In this document: positions 28,001-41,731 of the stretch, in pieces
Position numbering within the stretch: the stretch's first letter is position 1
How the letters are laid out: each line of letters begins with the position of its first letter
NCBI GenBank assembly: GCA_021613535.1
Contig: CP075495.1
Coordinates: 1,612,001-1,676,000, forward strand
Direction of reading: 5' to 3'
DNA from: Adineta vaga
Taxonomy: Eukaryota; Animalia; Rotifera
DNA length: 64,000 nucleotides
Program-made: the position numbers and the translations under genes
The notes under the pieces: generated by a model
What the model saw: the letters and a program-made list of their open reading frames with translations, nothing else
What the model was told of the DNA's origin: nothing
Database searches by the model: none

Positions 28001-28936
28001 TGGAACATCTTCGGGATAAAGTCGAGCATCTTTCATTGATCGATGTGCACCCCAATTAGTAAAATAACATATACGATTATATTTCGCTAAGTAATTAAAA
28101 AAAAATAAACCTCGAATGATTCTAATTATTAAATTCATTTATTTTACCTGACAATATGAATTGTATGAGAAATAAAAGATAGATAAAAGTTACCCACATT
28201 GATAGAAGATAAAAATGATCGTTGGAGATGATATTTGACAATAAACAAAATGTAATCGTTTGTTACTATTGTTTGAATAGATCATTGCATCGTGTTTAAG
28301 TCTACATAACAATCTTCGAGTTAATCTTATGTTCAACAATCATTCGAATTGAATGAAGGAGAGTAAATTCACTGAAATTTTCTTTTTTTTTATAGCAAAA
28401 CATAAATGGTGTACAGCAACGGTTACTCTACGTGAAGGAACAGGCAAAGTAACAATTAAATCACCAACTGTAAAAACAAATGTTCATGATATTCTTTATT
28501 TTACACGAATTATGCATCGGTTTGTAGAATATCTTCCGATTTTCATGATAAAATTTTTCTTTTATTCTAGTGATCAACTTCTATATCCATTTAAAGTGAT
28601 AGATCGTGTGAATTTATTTGATATTGATGTTAGTTATGATGGTATTGGATTTACAGCACAAGCTATTGCTACACGTTTAGCAGTATCTAAAGCACTTTGT
28701 TCATTTATTTCATCAAAAGAAGTTGAATATCTTCGATTAGGTAAAAGAATTTCTTCTATGAATAGAATAGTTTTCAATTGAAACTTTTTAGCTGGTTTAT
28801 TAACCGATGATGCTCGTCGTAAAGAACGTAAACAACCAGGAAAGAGAAATGCACGACGAAAATATAAATTGTATGTTGATTCTTTTACGATAAAAACATT
28901 TCTATTACGATGTTTCTTTTTAGTCGCAAACGTTAA
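25029..28936 (+). CDS. MRPS9: Mitochondrial ribosomal protein S9 (uS9m)
   Basis: [71 protein letters not shown]. Has a ~2 kb intron at 26404-28395. Confidence 0.9.
26361..28199 (-). CDS. GH18 chitinase, nested antisense within MRPS9; signal peptide, T-rich stalk, hydrophobic C-terminus
   Basis: [33 protein letters not shown] (intact DxxDxDxE), [28 protein letters not shown]. Confidence 0.92.
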
Positions 28937-29912
28937 ATCTTTATCGTTATTTATAATCACTAGAACATTTGTTTTTCTCATTGAAAAAATAAAAATCATT
29001 CATCATGATCACAACTGTCGATTACATTTAGATATCAGGAAATATTTTTTATGAAATTATTTTCAGTACATTTGATAAATACCAAACGATATGTAGAGAT
29101 GATGATTTCCATCAATCACAGAATTACAATGTTGAAAATATTTAAAGGCGCTGATATATAACTTCATTGTCTTATATTTATCTGAATTTGTCTGAGAGAG
29201 GGAGAGTTTGAAATAGGAGCATATACTTATAACTATAGTTTTAGACGGTTTGATTTCATAAAACATAATCAGTCTAACAAGAAATTGTTACTCATTTTTC
29301 ATTTCATGTTTCCTTTAACTATTTATGAGATAATCTATAAATCCCGAAAACAATCTACATGAAAAAAATCTTATTAATCGACCATACAGAATGAAAATGG
29401 CAAAGATTGTATTTAAATGATTAACTAATTCACTAGAATATAAATGAGAAATTGCGGGTGTGGGTGTCTCTTTTCTTTGTCCACATCCACCCTTGTTTAA
29501 GCGCCTTATAGGAAGGGAAATAAATATGCGTAATGCATTTTAGAGAACTATCAAGCGATCAGACCTATGAATATTTACAAACAATGCTTGTTTTTGCTTT
29601 TCTTCTTCAATAAATGATTTAATGATACTTCGAAATTGTGAAAGGATAAAAAACACTTTTGAAAAGCTTCTATATATAGGGTTTGCTTGGACCGGGAGCC
29701 GGTCAAGTCCAGGTCCAGCTTGAGAGCTTTACTGAGTACTCCTTTCATTCTTTCAGAAATGGGTCAGCTAGTCCAGAGGATGAGCGTTACTTCTATACTC
29801 TTCTGTCAAAGAGAAGGAAAGGAAAGATAATACCGAAGTAAGGAGATAAGAAGAAACGAAATGAAGAACATTATATTCAGTACTGATTGTTTCAACGAAA
29901 ACCCTTAACAAT

Positions 29913-32141
29913 TAGGCGTGTTACCTTATCTTTACTTTATAGATCAAAGAAAACATACTCTTTATCTCTATTTTATAAAGAAACGAGCGGATATACCCGC
30001 TGCGTAGAGGACACAATTTATGTTTTCCATCTACAACAGTGCTCTTCTCATCACCCACCGGACCTCTCGGTTCGTATTTATCCGTCGTCTATCAAAAAAT
30101 CCGCACACCCTCATTTAACGCCCTGTCTTAGCTAGTGTAATCTTTCAGGTGGTCACTCAGCGCGCGTTACCTGTCGTCCACGCGTCTTTCTCCTCCGCAC
30201 TGAGGCTCCTCCTATGTCACTTTTCGCGTCATGCATTACGTCTTTTTTTCAGAACTTTTCGCATCTCTTCATTAGTTCTTTCCTACTGATATTGTCTCGC
30301 TATTCATAAGACATACAGCTCTGTTCATTTTGAATCCACTCCTGTTGTCCCGCTGCAACTCCAGTCCCATTCTACACCCACACCCTCAAGATGGAAGCAT
30401 TGTGGAAAGTTTGGTGACGCTAGCTATAACAGGGACTGAATGCATAGCGAACAGACAGACAAACAAACTTTCTTCCTTATATATATAGACTAGCAGAGGT
30501 ACCCGATGGTGGTCTTGAATTTTCCAGACAAAGCACTTCTTATCTTAGTAAACGACAGAAGATGCAAAGAGGATTGTGCTTGAAATTTTTCATTTCTTGT
30601 GACAACATATCGCGCCGTGCATATCATAGATAGAACAACTTATACTATGTAGCAACTACAATCTACCCGTTTTCCTACAGTTCCCATTGCAAAATCTTCT
30701 CGTATTGTTCCGCGACAAATTGTTTTCATACAATTCTCGCTGCGAGTCTCATCTTTTTTTTGACTGTTCCTACTGCAAAATCTCCTCACACTATTCCCGC
30801 TCCAAAACCCATGCTTTTTCTTACAAATCCCGCTTCAACTCTGTCTCCACTTCAGTTCAAACCTAAAAACTTTAGGCTTCTAGTTAAGGTTTCATCTATC
30901 GCGAATATACACACATTCTCGATAAAGCTCGTTCGTCCAAGAGAATCTTGTATCGAATTGAGTATCTTACTTATGAATCGCTCTCGCTACCGTGTGACAC
31001 AATTAGATCAGTACGAAAACGTATTAATAAATGACCGTTATAAAAGTCGATCTAATGAATTATCCAAAATTGCATGGAATTTCGATCACTTTCTCCATCT
31101 TTAATTGAGCCTAAGCAAGTGCTATTGAATATTTGGTGACATCATTTACGGCAAAGCCATCTGGGTGAAACTTCACTCTCAGACTGGCCCTCCTAATCTC
31201 CAAGAATTCTCGCTAAGTCTCTTTTGCTTTTCCATCGGACACAGAAAGTTCCCATAAGAAGTTAAGTAGACGTTAATTATCATAGAAACCGTATTGGGTA
31301 TATAAGTGGGTGAATATTGAATTTCACCCAAAGCTCCCTCGCTAACCCATGAGGGTGTGGGTGAGTGTGGGTGCAATTTCACCGAAACACATCGCTTTCA
31401 ACCCTTCTTAGTGATTCTAACAGCATCCTTGTATTTTTCTTGATCTGAGAAAGCATCATAGAAAGTTTCGTGACGTTAGCTTTCAGAGAACTGCCTGGGT
31501 GTAATTTCACCCACGCTCCCGTGCCTACCCCGACCACCATTCCATCCCTTCGTCGACCTTCCTTGGGACCTAGGGAAGCATCATGGAAAATTTGTTGATC
31601 GTAGCTATTACGGAGACTGAATGCATAACGAATAAACACACAGATAGACAAACATTTTGAAACTTGAAATGCTGCAATTCTATTGATCAGTGTTCATAAA
31701 TTGCCTGTAGCACGCGTAGGATTCATTTGTTTTGGAATAAAGTAGACGTCGACCTTCCCCTGGACGTAGAGACAATTTCTGGAAAGTTTCATTGCATTTG
31801 CTTGTACGGCCTTCAAATGCATACGCAACAGACAAACAGACAAACTTTCTTCTTTATATATATAGATTAGAACCATAATTTTGTATTTCGCTAAGAATTA
31901 GGAGAAAAATCTTTATTCTTTCTTTTAACTTTATTTTACAAATAAAAATTTTACTTTATTTTATCTTCAAAGATAAAGAAAAATCTTTCCTTTATAAACT
32001 AAAGAACAAAGATAAATTTTACTTTAAAAATAAAGATAAACAATGGGGATTTTCTTCATTTCTTTATAAAATGGAGATAAAGATTTTTCGCTACTTTATT
32101 CTTTATTTTAAATAAAAATAAAAATCAAAGAAACACTCCTA
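29913..32141. mobile_element. Non-autonomous hAT-like MITE (~350 bp of own sequence) interrupted by Helitron-like units
   Basis: Termini TAGGCGTGTT and AACACTCCTA, extended imperfect inverted repeat (TCTTTATCTC.ATTTTATAAAGAAA at both ends), 8-bp TSD TTAACAAT (29905-29912) / ATAACAAT (32142-32149). The paralog carries the empty site (TTGACAATG) at ~37995. Confidence 0.75.
29984..31866 (-). mobile_element. Head-to-tail array of non-autonomous Helitron-like elements
   Basis: On the minus strand, 5' ends TCTATATATATAA.GAAGAAAGTTTGT(CTGT)n at 31866 and 30489, 3' ends CGGGTACCTCTGCTAG (30490) and GCGGGTATATCCGCTCG (29984). Inserted between A and T with no TSD. Confidence 0.7.
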
Positions 32142-34229
32142 ATAACAATGCCATCCAATGGTTATCAACGATACACGCCTGGTGAACGACGAAAACAAAG
32201 AAACAAACGAATAATTATAGAACTTGTCGTTTGTGCTGTGCTTATTCTACCAACACTTTTTCCTCCTGCAAATAATTTTGGAAAGTATCTCGCTCAGAAG
32301 ATTATTTTGAGTAAAGTAACTCTTCAACCGAATTCCGAAGGTTTGAAAACTTGGCTCAATCCACCAGTTGATACAACCAGAAACTATTATCTTTTCAACA
32401 TAACAAATCCTATTGATATTACTACTGATCCATCTAATACACTCATTGATGTTCAAGACACTCCTGCTTATAGTTATAAAGTCAAAACAATCAAAAACAA
32501 TATCCAATGGTCCGATGATGATACTAAACTTTCTTATGAAGTTGAAAGATTAATTACTCGTGATCCTAAAAATTTCCCAGTATCATCTGCCAATGATTCT
32601 GGTGTATTCATTGATTTACTTCGAGCAATCTTTCGAACACAATTTTTTACAAAACCTTCAGATAGTTTTTTTGATATCGGTGGATTTGATCCATTTTCTC
32701 AAGCTAATCCAATTGATTTATTAGAAGGTTTTACTTCACCTTTATTTGATACAATTCGAGCCAAAATGGTAGGACCAAATACAGCAAAATCAGGCTTTGT
32801 TTATCGACAAAATGGTAGTCGATTATATAATATTTCAATTGATACTAGTAAGACTTGACAATATCTATTCAATGAATAACATGACATTTTCATTTTAGAT
32901 CTAAATAGAAAAGGTCAAGTATCGACATTTTCAAGTGAACTTGTATCTTTTGATATAGTATCTCCTAATCATTATCCATTTCCGATTTATGATAGTGCTA
33001 CATATCCAACAATGCTTTTTGATAAACCAGTATTGAATATTTTTCATGCAGATTTTTGTTGTCCAATTCTTCTTCAATATCATCGAACAGTTGAGTTATA
33101 TGATGGAATATCTGCATTTGAATACCGAGTGAAATTTATCGATATTAATAATTGTACAGATCCATCAGATACAACAACGTGTCAAGAAGTTGATAAACTT
33201 GATGTATCTAGTTGTATTTCATCATCTCTTCCAAGCGAAACAATGTTTCTATCCAAAGCACATTTTTATAGAAGTACCGAAGAAGTAATAAAAAATATGA
33301 ACATTCGTGGATTCAATGCATCACGTGAAAAACATGATTCGGTCGTTTATTTTGAACCATATACTGGTAAACAATTGAAAGCTTCATTTCGTATGCAGTT
33401 GAATATTGATGCAACAATTGATCCAATGAAAGTAATTGATGGTGAATATAGATGGAAGATGAGAAAAGGTGTCGAACGATTAATACCAATATTTTGGATT
33501 GATCAAGTTGTTAAGCTCGATAAGAACAAGATTGATGAACTTAAAAGAGTTCTAACTTTGATGACTTATAGCAAATGGTTTCTCTTTGGATTATCAATTA
33601 TCGTCTCAATTTCTTTTATTATTATTATGGAATTATGTGCTCGACGATTGGATCGAAAAAAACAAAATGCACGTAAAGGTTATGACACAGCTGCTGCATT
33701 ACTCTATTAATAATACGTTTTAATCGAAAAAAACGAGATTTATTACAACAGTTATTTAGTTATTAGTTTTTGTTTTTTATTCAAAGAAACAAAAATATAG
33801 TGTTATACACACTTTTTTTTGTCGTACGAATTGATGTTGTCTTTTTCTTCATGAAATAAATATTATCATTATATCTTTTATGCTCAAATACGATATAAAT
33901 TTTTCATTACACATCAAATCAAATATGTACAATATCGATGAGGAGATAATCAATTTTCTATTTAGCAAATAAAGTTATTAGATGTAAGAGATATTTCTTC
34001 AGAATGAAATAGAAGGAGAATTGTCGAATAAGGGCAAATGTAATTCTTTATCTTTTCATTTACAATGTGAGTGTTTTTCTTTGTCTAATCAAAAGCAACT
34101 GTTGAAAAAAAGAGAGGAAGAAAGTTTAGATATAATCGCTTGAAATTTACCACAAACCATGATGTATTATCAAAACTATCAGTGTCTAATACATTCGTTC
34201 TTTTTTTCTCTTCTTCTTCGTTCTATATA
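32142..34229 (+). repeat. Recent tandem segmental duplication, paired with ~37995-40110
   Basis: Near-identical CDS, intron and ~500 bp of 3' flank. The 5' flank 29855-29912 matches ~37945-38002. Confidence 0.92.
32148..33710 (+). CDS. CD36/scavenger receptor class B family protein, copy 1
   Basis: N- and C-terminal TM segments, W.NPP...YLFNITNP, FC.PI, FLSKAHFY, FEPYTG, R.QLN, IPIFWI. One intron at ~32848-32899. Confidence 0.88.
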
Positions 34230-34879
34230 AGTACTTATATCCAAAAAGGAGCATCATTTGAATTCATTGGCTTTTTAACTGAGTAATCTGCTCTAACCGT
34301 TTCGAATCATAAATGTATAACTTTTTTGTTTAAATGAAAGAAAAAGAAAAGTTCGTCTTGTTGACATACACTTCCATTCTCTATCAAAGAAAGAAATGGA
34401 TTACTTACGAACACGCCGGCATATAATCCATGTAACGAATCAAAACAAAAACTCGCACCAATTTCGAAGTAAGTTAATTGACTTCAGCACAACGAGCAAT
34501 ATGGCCACAAGCTCTATCGTCTGATGGATCGTTTGATACATAATTCTATATGAGAAATATTTATAGAATAAATAAGAAATGAGCGACAAAATAAGGCTTT
34601 CTATTGTATCTAAAATCTTGATGAAATGGTCATATGTCGTGTTATTTCGTAGTTTTTCAGGATTTCTGCTCTTATTAACAAAGTATCGTGATTTCGATGC
34701 GCCAGTTTTATCTATATGTAAAAACATATATGCGGAAATATATCGATTGAGAACGAGATTTATCGTAAACCGCTATAAAGATGTGTGTAAATTCTATTTT
34801 AAGGTTAAACATCAGATGGAAGTTCAACATCAAATCCAATATGCTCAAGAAATTTTAACTCATTTACAATATCTTGTAA

Positions 34880-35800
34880 AACTGTTGCATATTCATCTTT
34901 CTTTGGTTTTTAAATCCCAGTATTCAATGTGAGTTTTATACAGTTTCTATTTAGATTAATTTGCTTTTCTTTGAACATTATGTCTTCACAACGTCTAGAA
35001 TTCAACATATCATCGCATTGACTTGATTCATAAGTATGTTTAACAAGGGTTTCTCTTTCAAGAATTGAACAAATTGGCGGCACCAAAGGAAGAACAAAGA
35101 CAGATGTTGGGACTGGTGCAGCAACAGTGATCGGTTGACACCTCATCAAATTACATTTCGAAGCACTTGTACATTTATTGCCCCATAAAGGACAAACAAA
35201 AGATTGATTTCCATCAAGTAATGTAGGACTATTTCTTTTCAAATGTTTCATGACTCTACAAAAATTCTTTGGCATATTTGGAATATTAAGCATATTAATA
35301 ATACGACATATATCGTTTGCAGCAGCTTTGCTAATACTATGTCTTTTCCACGTAAAGAATAACAATACGAACAATTCAGTAGAATCAGATAATCTTTCAG
35401 ATTCCAGTCGATTTTTAGAAAAGTTACTCTGAACTTCCGGATGTTCTTCAATGTCATGATGTACATCGCTTGAATCTATATCATCATCAGCTTTAGCTTC
35501 ACAATCATTATCACAATGCCTTTCCGATGAATATCGTGTCGCTGTATCGTTTAAAACTGGATCTAATACTGTATAATATCCATCATCTTGTAATGTGGAT
35601 ACTGTATCGTCATCGGAAATCATGTGTTTGATGTTCTCTATTAATATTAAATATTTTAGTAAAAATATTTGCAAAAAGTAGAACAAATATACCGTGTATA
35701 ATTGTTCAATATATCTGTTGTCATCATTTCCATTGTATGAAGCTGTTTCTTTTCTCGAATTCAGGTACGATAAAGACAGAATCGAAATTTTCATTTTCAT
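34880..35800 (-). mobile_element. Decayed DNA transposon ORF, probably CACTA/EnSpm-like transposase N-terminus
   Basis: Acidic N-terminus, KRHSISKAAANDIC..IN..NIPNMPKNF, Cys cluster, then IKLTLNTGI* where the LTLNTDG motif is broken by a stop. No TIRs identified. Confidence 0.5.
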
Positions 35801-38000
35801 TCAATTCCTCCTCGTCACATTCATCAGTATTCGCACCATCTTATTGTGCAACATTTTAATCAATTAGCATAGATCTTCTTGTTAGATCAGACTTATTACC
35901 TCGTCTTATATTAGCTGCAATAGAATGTCACACTTTTCAATAATGATTAAATCAATATTTTATATCGTCTTCAAAAATTATAATTTTTTTCTCCAATAAA
36001 GTAAAAAAAAGAACAAAAAGGAACTAAACAATATATTTAAACCATCTATTCACTAATAAGCTATAAGAGCTTACCATATACATTTTTGAGTGTCAAAGTG
36101 GCACTTGTTTTATTGAGTGAACGAAAACTTTGCCATCAACTGTTGGACATAAATGTCGCCAAACGTTCATTGCTACTTCTTCGATCGTACGATTGTCATT
36201 TTCATATTTGTTTTCATTAGATTCAATGAATAAGAATAATCGATTACAAAAACTTTCACGAGGTTTTACTAAAAAAAACAGAAGTGCTGTGAATTATTAT
36301 TTGGAAAACTACCATTAAAATGACTAATTTCGGTGTCTTCAAATAAAAAGTGATCAGCAATGAAACTATAATGGATAAACTATGATACAGTCGTGTTTAT
36401 CAAAAATACTCGAATCCTGAATCATATAGTATATCTTCTTTTCGATTAATGAAATTAGAAGAATATGAGTGCTCGAGATATAATATAATTCTATACAAAA
36501 TACTTTAGTCAATTTAGAGGAAAATCTATGCGTAAAAAATGATGATTCTCTAAGTTAATCAAGTCAGTCTATGTTATATGATTATAACTTACTCATATGT
36601 GTTTCATCTTTTTCCTTTTCGTTCTTTTGAAAATACATTTTTCAAATTCCAAATTTTGTTCATTAAATCTTTGTTTTCTTTCTCAAGTTCTTTATATCAA
36701 ATTGAGTTCTTAATGTCAACGGGACGGCATTGTGAGTTGTTTTATGTTGATGATTAGTTTACCATTGATTTATCAGTTGTAGCAGACATATAAATGTGAG
36801 ATCGATTGATATTAGAACTAAAATATGACAAATCACAAACTATAATAAAAGTTAAGAAAATATTCATACTTCTTGCTACACTGACTTGAACTTGAATTTA
36901 CTTGTCGATTATTTACCGTCTGTGTAGTAAATGTAATTGTACTAAAACGGTTAAATGAAGGTGTAAATAGAAGTATATTATCAAGATATTACCTTTTTGA
37001 AATATAAGGTACTTTTTCTGTATTCAACGCTGTTTGAGACAAAATGTTACTATTATAAAATGAAATAATTAAATGACATTACGTCGTTAGATTTTTGATT
37101 GAATTTTTCTATTCAAAAGATTATTTAAAAATTTATTAGACTTTACTATGCTCTATGAACGCAACACTTTTTCTTATATTCTCTTCGAATTCCACGTAGT
37201 CTTTTTGCACACACTTTCGAAGCCAGACTCTAATATGAACCGTCATACTTTCGTTTGCTAGTGTATTCAAGCTGTTTGTTTAACTATAAATGCCGTTTTT
37301 AGTTTATGATATTTATTTATAATATAATCATAGTAAACTGAAGAGGGTGTCATCTCATCTTGAGGGTGTGGGTGTCTCTCTTCTTAATTCACACCCTAAT
37401 AACTAGGACATTCTAGTTTTTTCATTGAAAAATATTGATTATGATGGAGACTATCGATGTCTCTCGTTAGTTGGTATAATGTTCGAGGAAAGCATTTTAT
37501 CTATTTCGTTTGGATTGTTTTTTTTTATCAACGACCAGATATCTGGGAATTCTTCCATTAAGTTATTTTTTCATTATCATTTTCGAATAAAAAACAAAAT
37601 GTTTGGTACGTAAGAACAGCATCCAGAGAAAATATTTTGATTGTCCGTGACGAACAAATAGTCAAAAAAGAAAAGATACTTAGATCACACTTGTATATTT
37701 ATGGAATATTTTTCTTTTCATTTCATAAATATATCATGAAACGAAATTTCTATTGGAATTTGATATGAAGAAATCTGTTTTCAGTCAAATGAAAAATTCA
37801 GCTTTTCTTTTTTCTTCTAAGAATGTGATTCAAAAATAGATTATGAAACATGTACATAAACGAGTTGGTAACAACGATGTATCTACGCTATCTGATGAAA
37901 CATTTTTTTCTTTTACGTGAAAGAAAATAAATTTTCAAGTATAAAAAGGAATGAAGAATATTGTATGCCGTATTGATTGTTTCAACGAAAAACCTTGACA

Positions 38001-39566
38001 ATGCCATCCAATGGTTATCAACGATACACGCCTGGTGAACGACGAAAACAAAGAAACAAACGAATAATTATAGAATTTGTCGTTTGTGCTGTACTTATTC
38101 TACCAACACTTTTTCCTCCTGCAAATAATTTTGGAAAGTATCTCGCTCAGAAGATTATTTTGGGTAAAGTAACTCTCCAACCGAATTCTGGCGGTTTACA
38201 AACTTGGCTCAATCCACCAGTCGATACAACCAGAAACTATTATCTTTTCAACATAACAAATCCTATTGATATTACTACTGATCCATCTAATACACTCATT
38301 GATGTTCAAGACACTCCTGCTTATAGTTATAAAGTCAAAACAATCAAAAACAATATCCAATGGTTTGATGATAATACTAAACTTTCTTATGAAGTTGAAA
38401 GATTAATTACTCGTGATCCTAAAAATTTCCCAGTATCATCTGCCAATGATTCTGGTGTATTCGTTAATTTACTTCGAGCAATCTTTCGAACACAATTTTT
38501 AAAAAAACCATCAGATAGTTTTTTTGATATCGGTGGATTTGATCCATTTTCTCAAGCTAATCCAATTGATTTATTAGAAGGTTTTACTTCACCTTTATTT
38601 GATACAATTCGAGCCAAAATGGTAGGACCAAATACAAATCTATCGGGCTTTGTTTATCGACAAAATGGTAGTCGATTATACAATATTTCAATTGATACTA
38701 GTAAGACTTGACAATATCTATTCAATGAATAACATGACATTTTCATTTTAGATCTAAATAGAAAAGGTCAAGTATCGACATTTTCAAGTGAACTTGTATC
38801 TTTTGATATAGTATCTCCTAATCATTATCCATTTCCGATTTATGATAGTGTTACATATCCAACAATGCTTTTTGATAAACCAGTATTGAATATTTTTCAT
38901 GCAGATTTTTGTCGTCCAATTCTTCTTCAATATCATCGAACAGTTGAGTTATATGATGGAATATCTGCATTTGAATACCGAGTGAAATTTATCGATATTA
39001 ACAATTGTACAGATCCATCAGATACAACAACGTGTCAAGAAGTTGATAAACTTGATGTATCTAGTTGTATTTCATCATCTCTTCGAGACAATACAATGTT
39101 TCTCTCCAAAGCACATTTTTATGGAAGTACCGAAGAAGTAATAACAAATATGAACATTCGTGGATTCAATGCATCACGTGAAAAACATGATTCGGTCGTT
39201 TATTTTGAACCACATACTGGTTCACCATTGGAAGCTTCATTTCGTATGCAGTTGAATATTGATGCAACAATTGATCCAATGAAAGTAATTGATGGTGAAT
39301 ATAAATGGAAGATGAGAAAAGGTGTCGAACGATTAATACCAATATTTTGGATTGATCAAGTTGTTAAACTCGATAAGAACAAGATTGATGAACTTAAAAA
39401 AGCTGGAACTTTGATGACTTATAGCAAATGGTTTCTCTTTGGATTATCAATTATCGTCTCAATTTCTTTTATTATTATTATGGAATTATGTGCTCGACGA
39501 TTGGATCGAAAAAAACAAAATGCACATAAAGGTTATGTCAAAGCTGATACATTAGTCTATCATTAA
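38001..39566 (+). CDS. CD36/scavenger receptor class B family protein, copy 2
   Basis: Very close paralog of copy 1 with the same single intron. Confidence 0.9.
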
Positions 39567-40180
39567 TACTTTTCAGTCTTTACTACAACAGTTATTTAGT
39601 TATTAGTTTTTGTTTTTTATTCAAAGAAACAAAAATATACAGTGTTATACACACTTTTTTTTGTCATACGAATTGATGTTGTCTTTTTCTTCATGAAATA
39701 AATATTATCATTATATGTCTTATGCTCAAATACGATATAAATTTTTCATTACACATCAAATCAAATATGTACAATATCGATGAGGAGATAATCAATTTTC
39801 TATTTAGCAAATAAAGTTATTAGATGTAAGAGATATTTCTTCAGAATGAAATAGAACGAGAATTGTCGAATAAGTGCAAATGTAATTCTTTATCTTTTCA
39901 TTTACAATGTGAGTTTTTTTCTTTGTCTAATCAAAAGCAACTGGCGAAAGAAGAGAGGAAGAAAGAAATATTTTTCAATTCTCTACAATGATAAGCAATG
40001 TCGTGTCTTTAGATATAATCGCTTGAAATTTACCACAAACCATGATGTATTATCAAAACTATCAGTGTCTAATACATTCGTTCTTTTTTCTCTTCTTCTT
40101 CGTTCTATATACGAAGAGCAAATAATCATCATCATATATTTAATAAAGAGAACGAGAACTTTGATATTACATAGTACAAA

Positions 40181-41731
40181 ATGAAGACAGCGTCGGCTAC
40201 TCAACAAAATAAAAAATTTACCAAAAGAATTCTTATAGAAGTAATCATTGCTATAGTTATTCTTGCTCCTACAATTTATTTATGTGTCAATCTGAAACAA
40301 ATTATTATTAATCGAGTTTTAAAAGTTGTCGAATTAAAACCAAATAGTGAAGGTTATCAAACATGGCTTAGTCCACCAACTACAATAACACGTGGTTATC
40401 ATCTATTTAATATTACTAATCCAATAGAAATTGCTACAGATCCATCACCAACAACAATACGATTGAAAGAAACACGAGCATATCATTATCATTTAGATGC
40501 AACAAAACAACATGTTCATTGGTCGAATGATAATAAAGCATTGAGTTATTCAATCTATCGAGTATTTACTCGTCATTCAACAAAATTTGAACCATCTGCT
40601 GTGAATGATACAGGTATATATGTTGATCTAATTCGTGCAATTTTTCGAACACAATTTGGTAAAAAACCAGCACAAACATTCTTTGATATGGGTGGTATGA
40701 ATGTATTTAATTATGGAAATTCTATTCAACAATTAGAAGGTTTTACAACTGAATTATTTAATACGGTTCGAGAAAAAATGACGGGACCAAATACAGCAAA
40801 ATCAGGTTTTATCTATCGATATAATGGTAGTCGATCATATAATTATACAATTAGATCGGGTATGAAATAAAACTTGAAAGTTTATAATTTAATCCAGATG
40901 AATATTTTCAATTTAGGTTTAATGGAAAAAGGTCAAGTACTTTCATTTGCCAGTGAAAATGTTCCATTTACAATTCCATCACCTGATACTTATCCAGTTA
41001 CAATTTATGATGGTCTTACATTCGTTCCTATGCTTTTTGATAAACCTTATATGCATATTTTTCAAGCAGATTTTTGTCGTCCAATTACTGTCAAATTTAA
41101 TCGAATTCTTTCCATGTTCGGAGGTATTGATGTTCATGAATATGTTATTAAATTTATTGATCTTCAACAATGTACAAATGTAAGTGATATTAATACATGT
41201 CCAGAACTTGATAAAATTGATGTATCTCAATGTATCTCAGCTACATTACCAGAAAATACTGTCTTTTTATCTAAACCACATTTCTATGGAAGTAAAAATG
41301 AAACTATGGAAGAAATGAATATTGATGGATTTACACCTACACGTGATGAACATGAAGCATTGATCTATTTTGAACCATATTCTGGTACACCACTTCGAGC
41401 ACATCATCGTGTTCAACTGAATATTGATGCAACTATTGATCCAATGCGACAATCAGAATATGGATCTGATCTTGAACCAACAAAACAACGAGGAGTAAAA
41501 CGATTGATACCATTAGTATGGATCGATCAAGAAGTTAATGTTGATGATGCAACAATTGGTAAATTAAGATTCGTTCATCTTGCTCTTCGTTATGGAAAAA
41601 TAGTTCTTCTGATAGCAGCTATCGTATTAATTATTCTTATCATTGGTATTTTGGAATATTTTGCAAGGCGAGTTGCTAGGAATGAACGAAGTCAACGAGC
41701 TGGTAATCCAAAAGATAATCGATTGATGTAA
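40181..41731 (+). CDS. CD36/scavenger receptor class B family protein, copy 3 (older paralog)
   Basis: Same motifs and intron position (~40860-40917), but clearly more diverged. Confidence 0.9.

Noticed and set aside
29678-29790. TAGGGTTTG...GGACCGG..CCGGTC as a second hAT end
   Set aside because: No matching opposite terminus or TSD was found.
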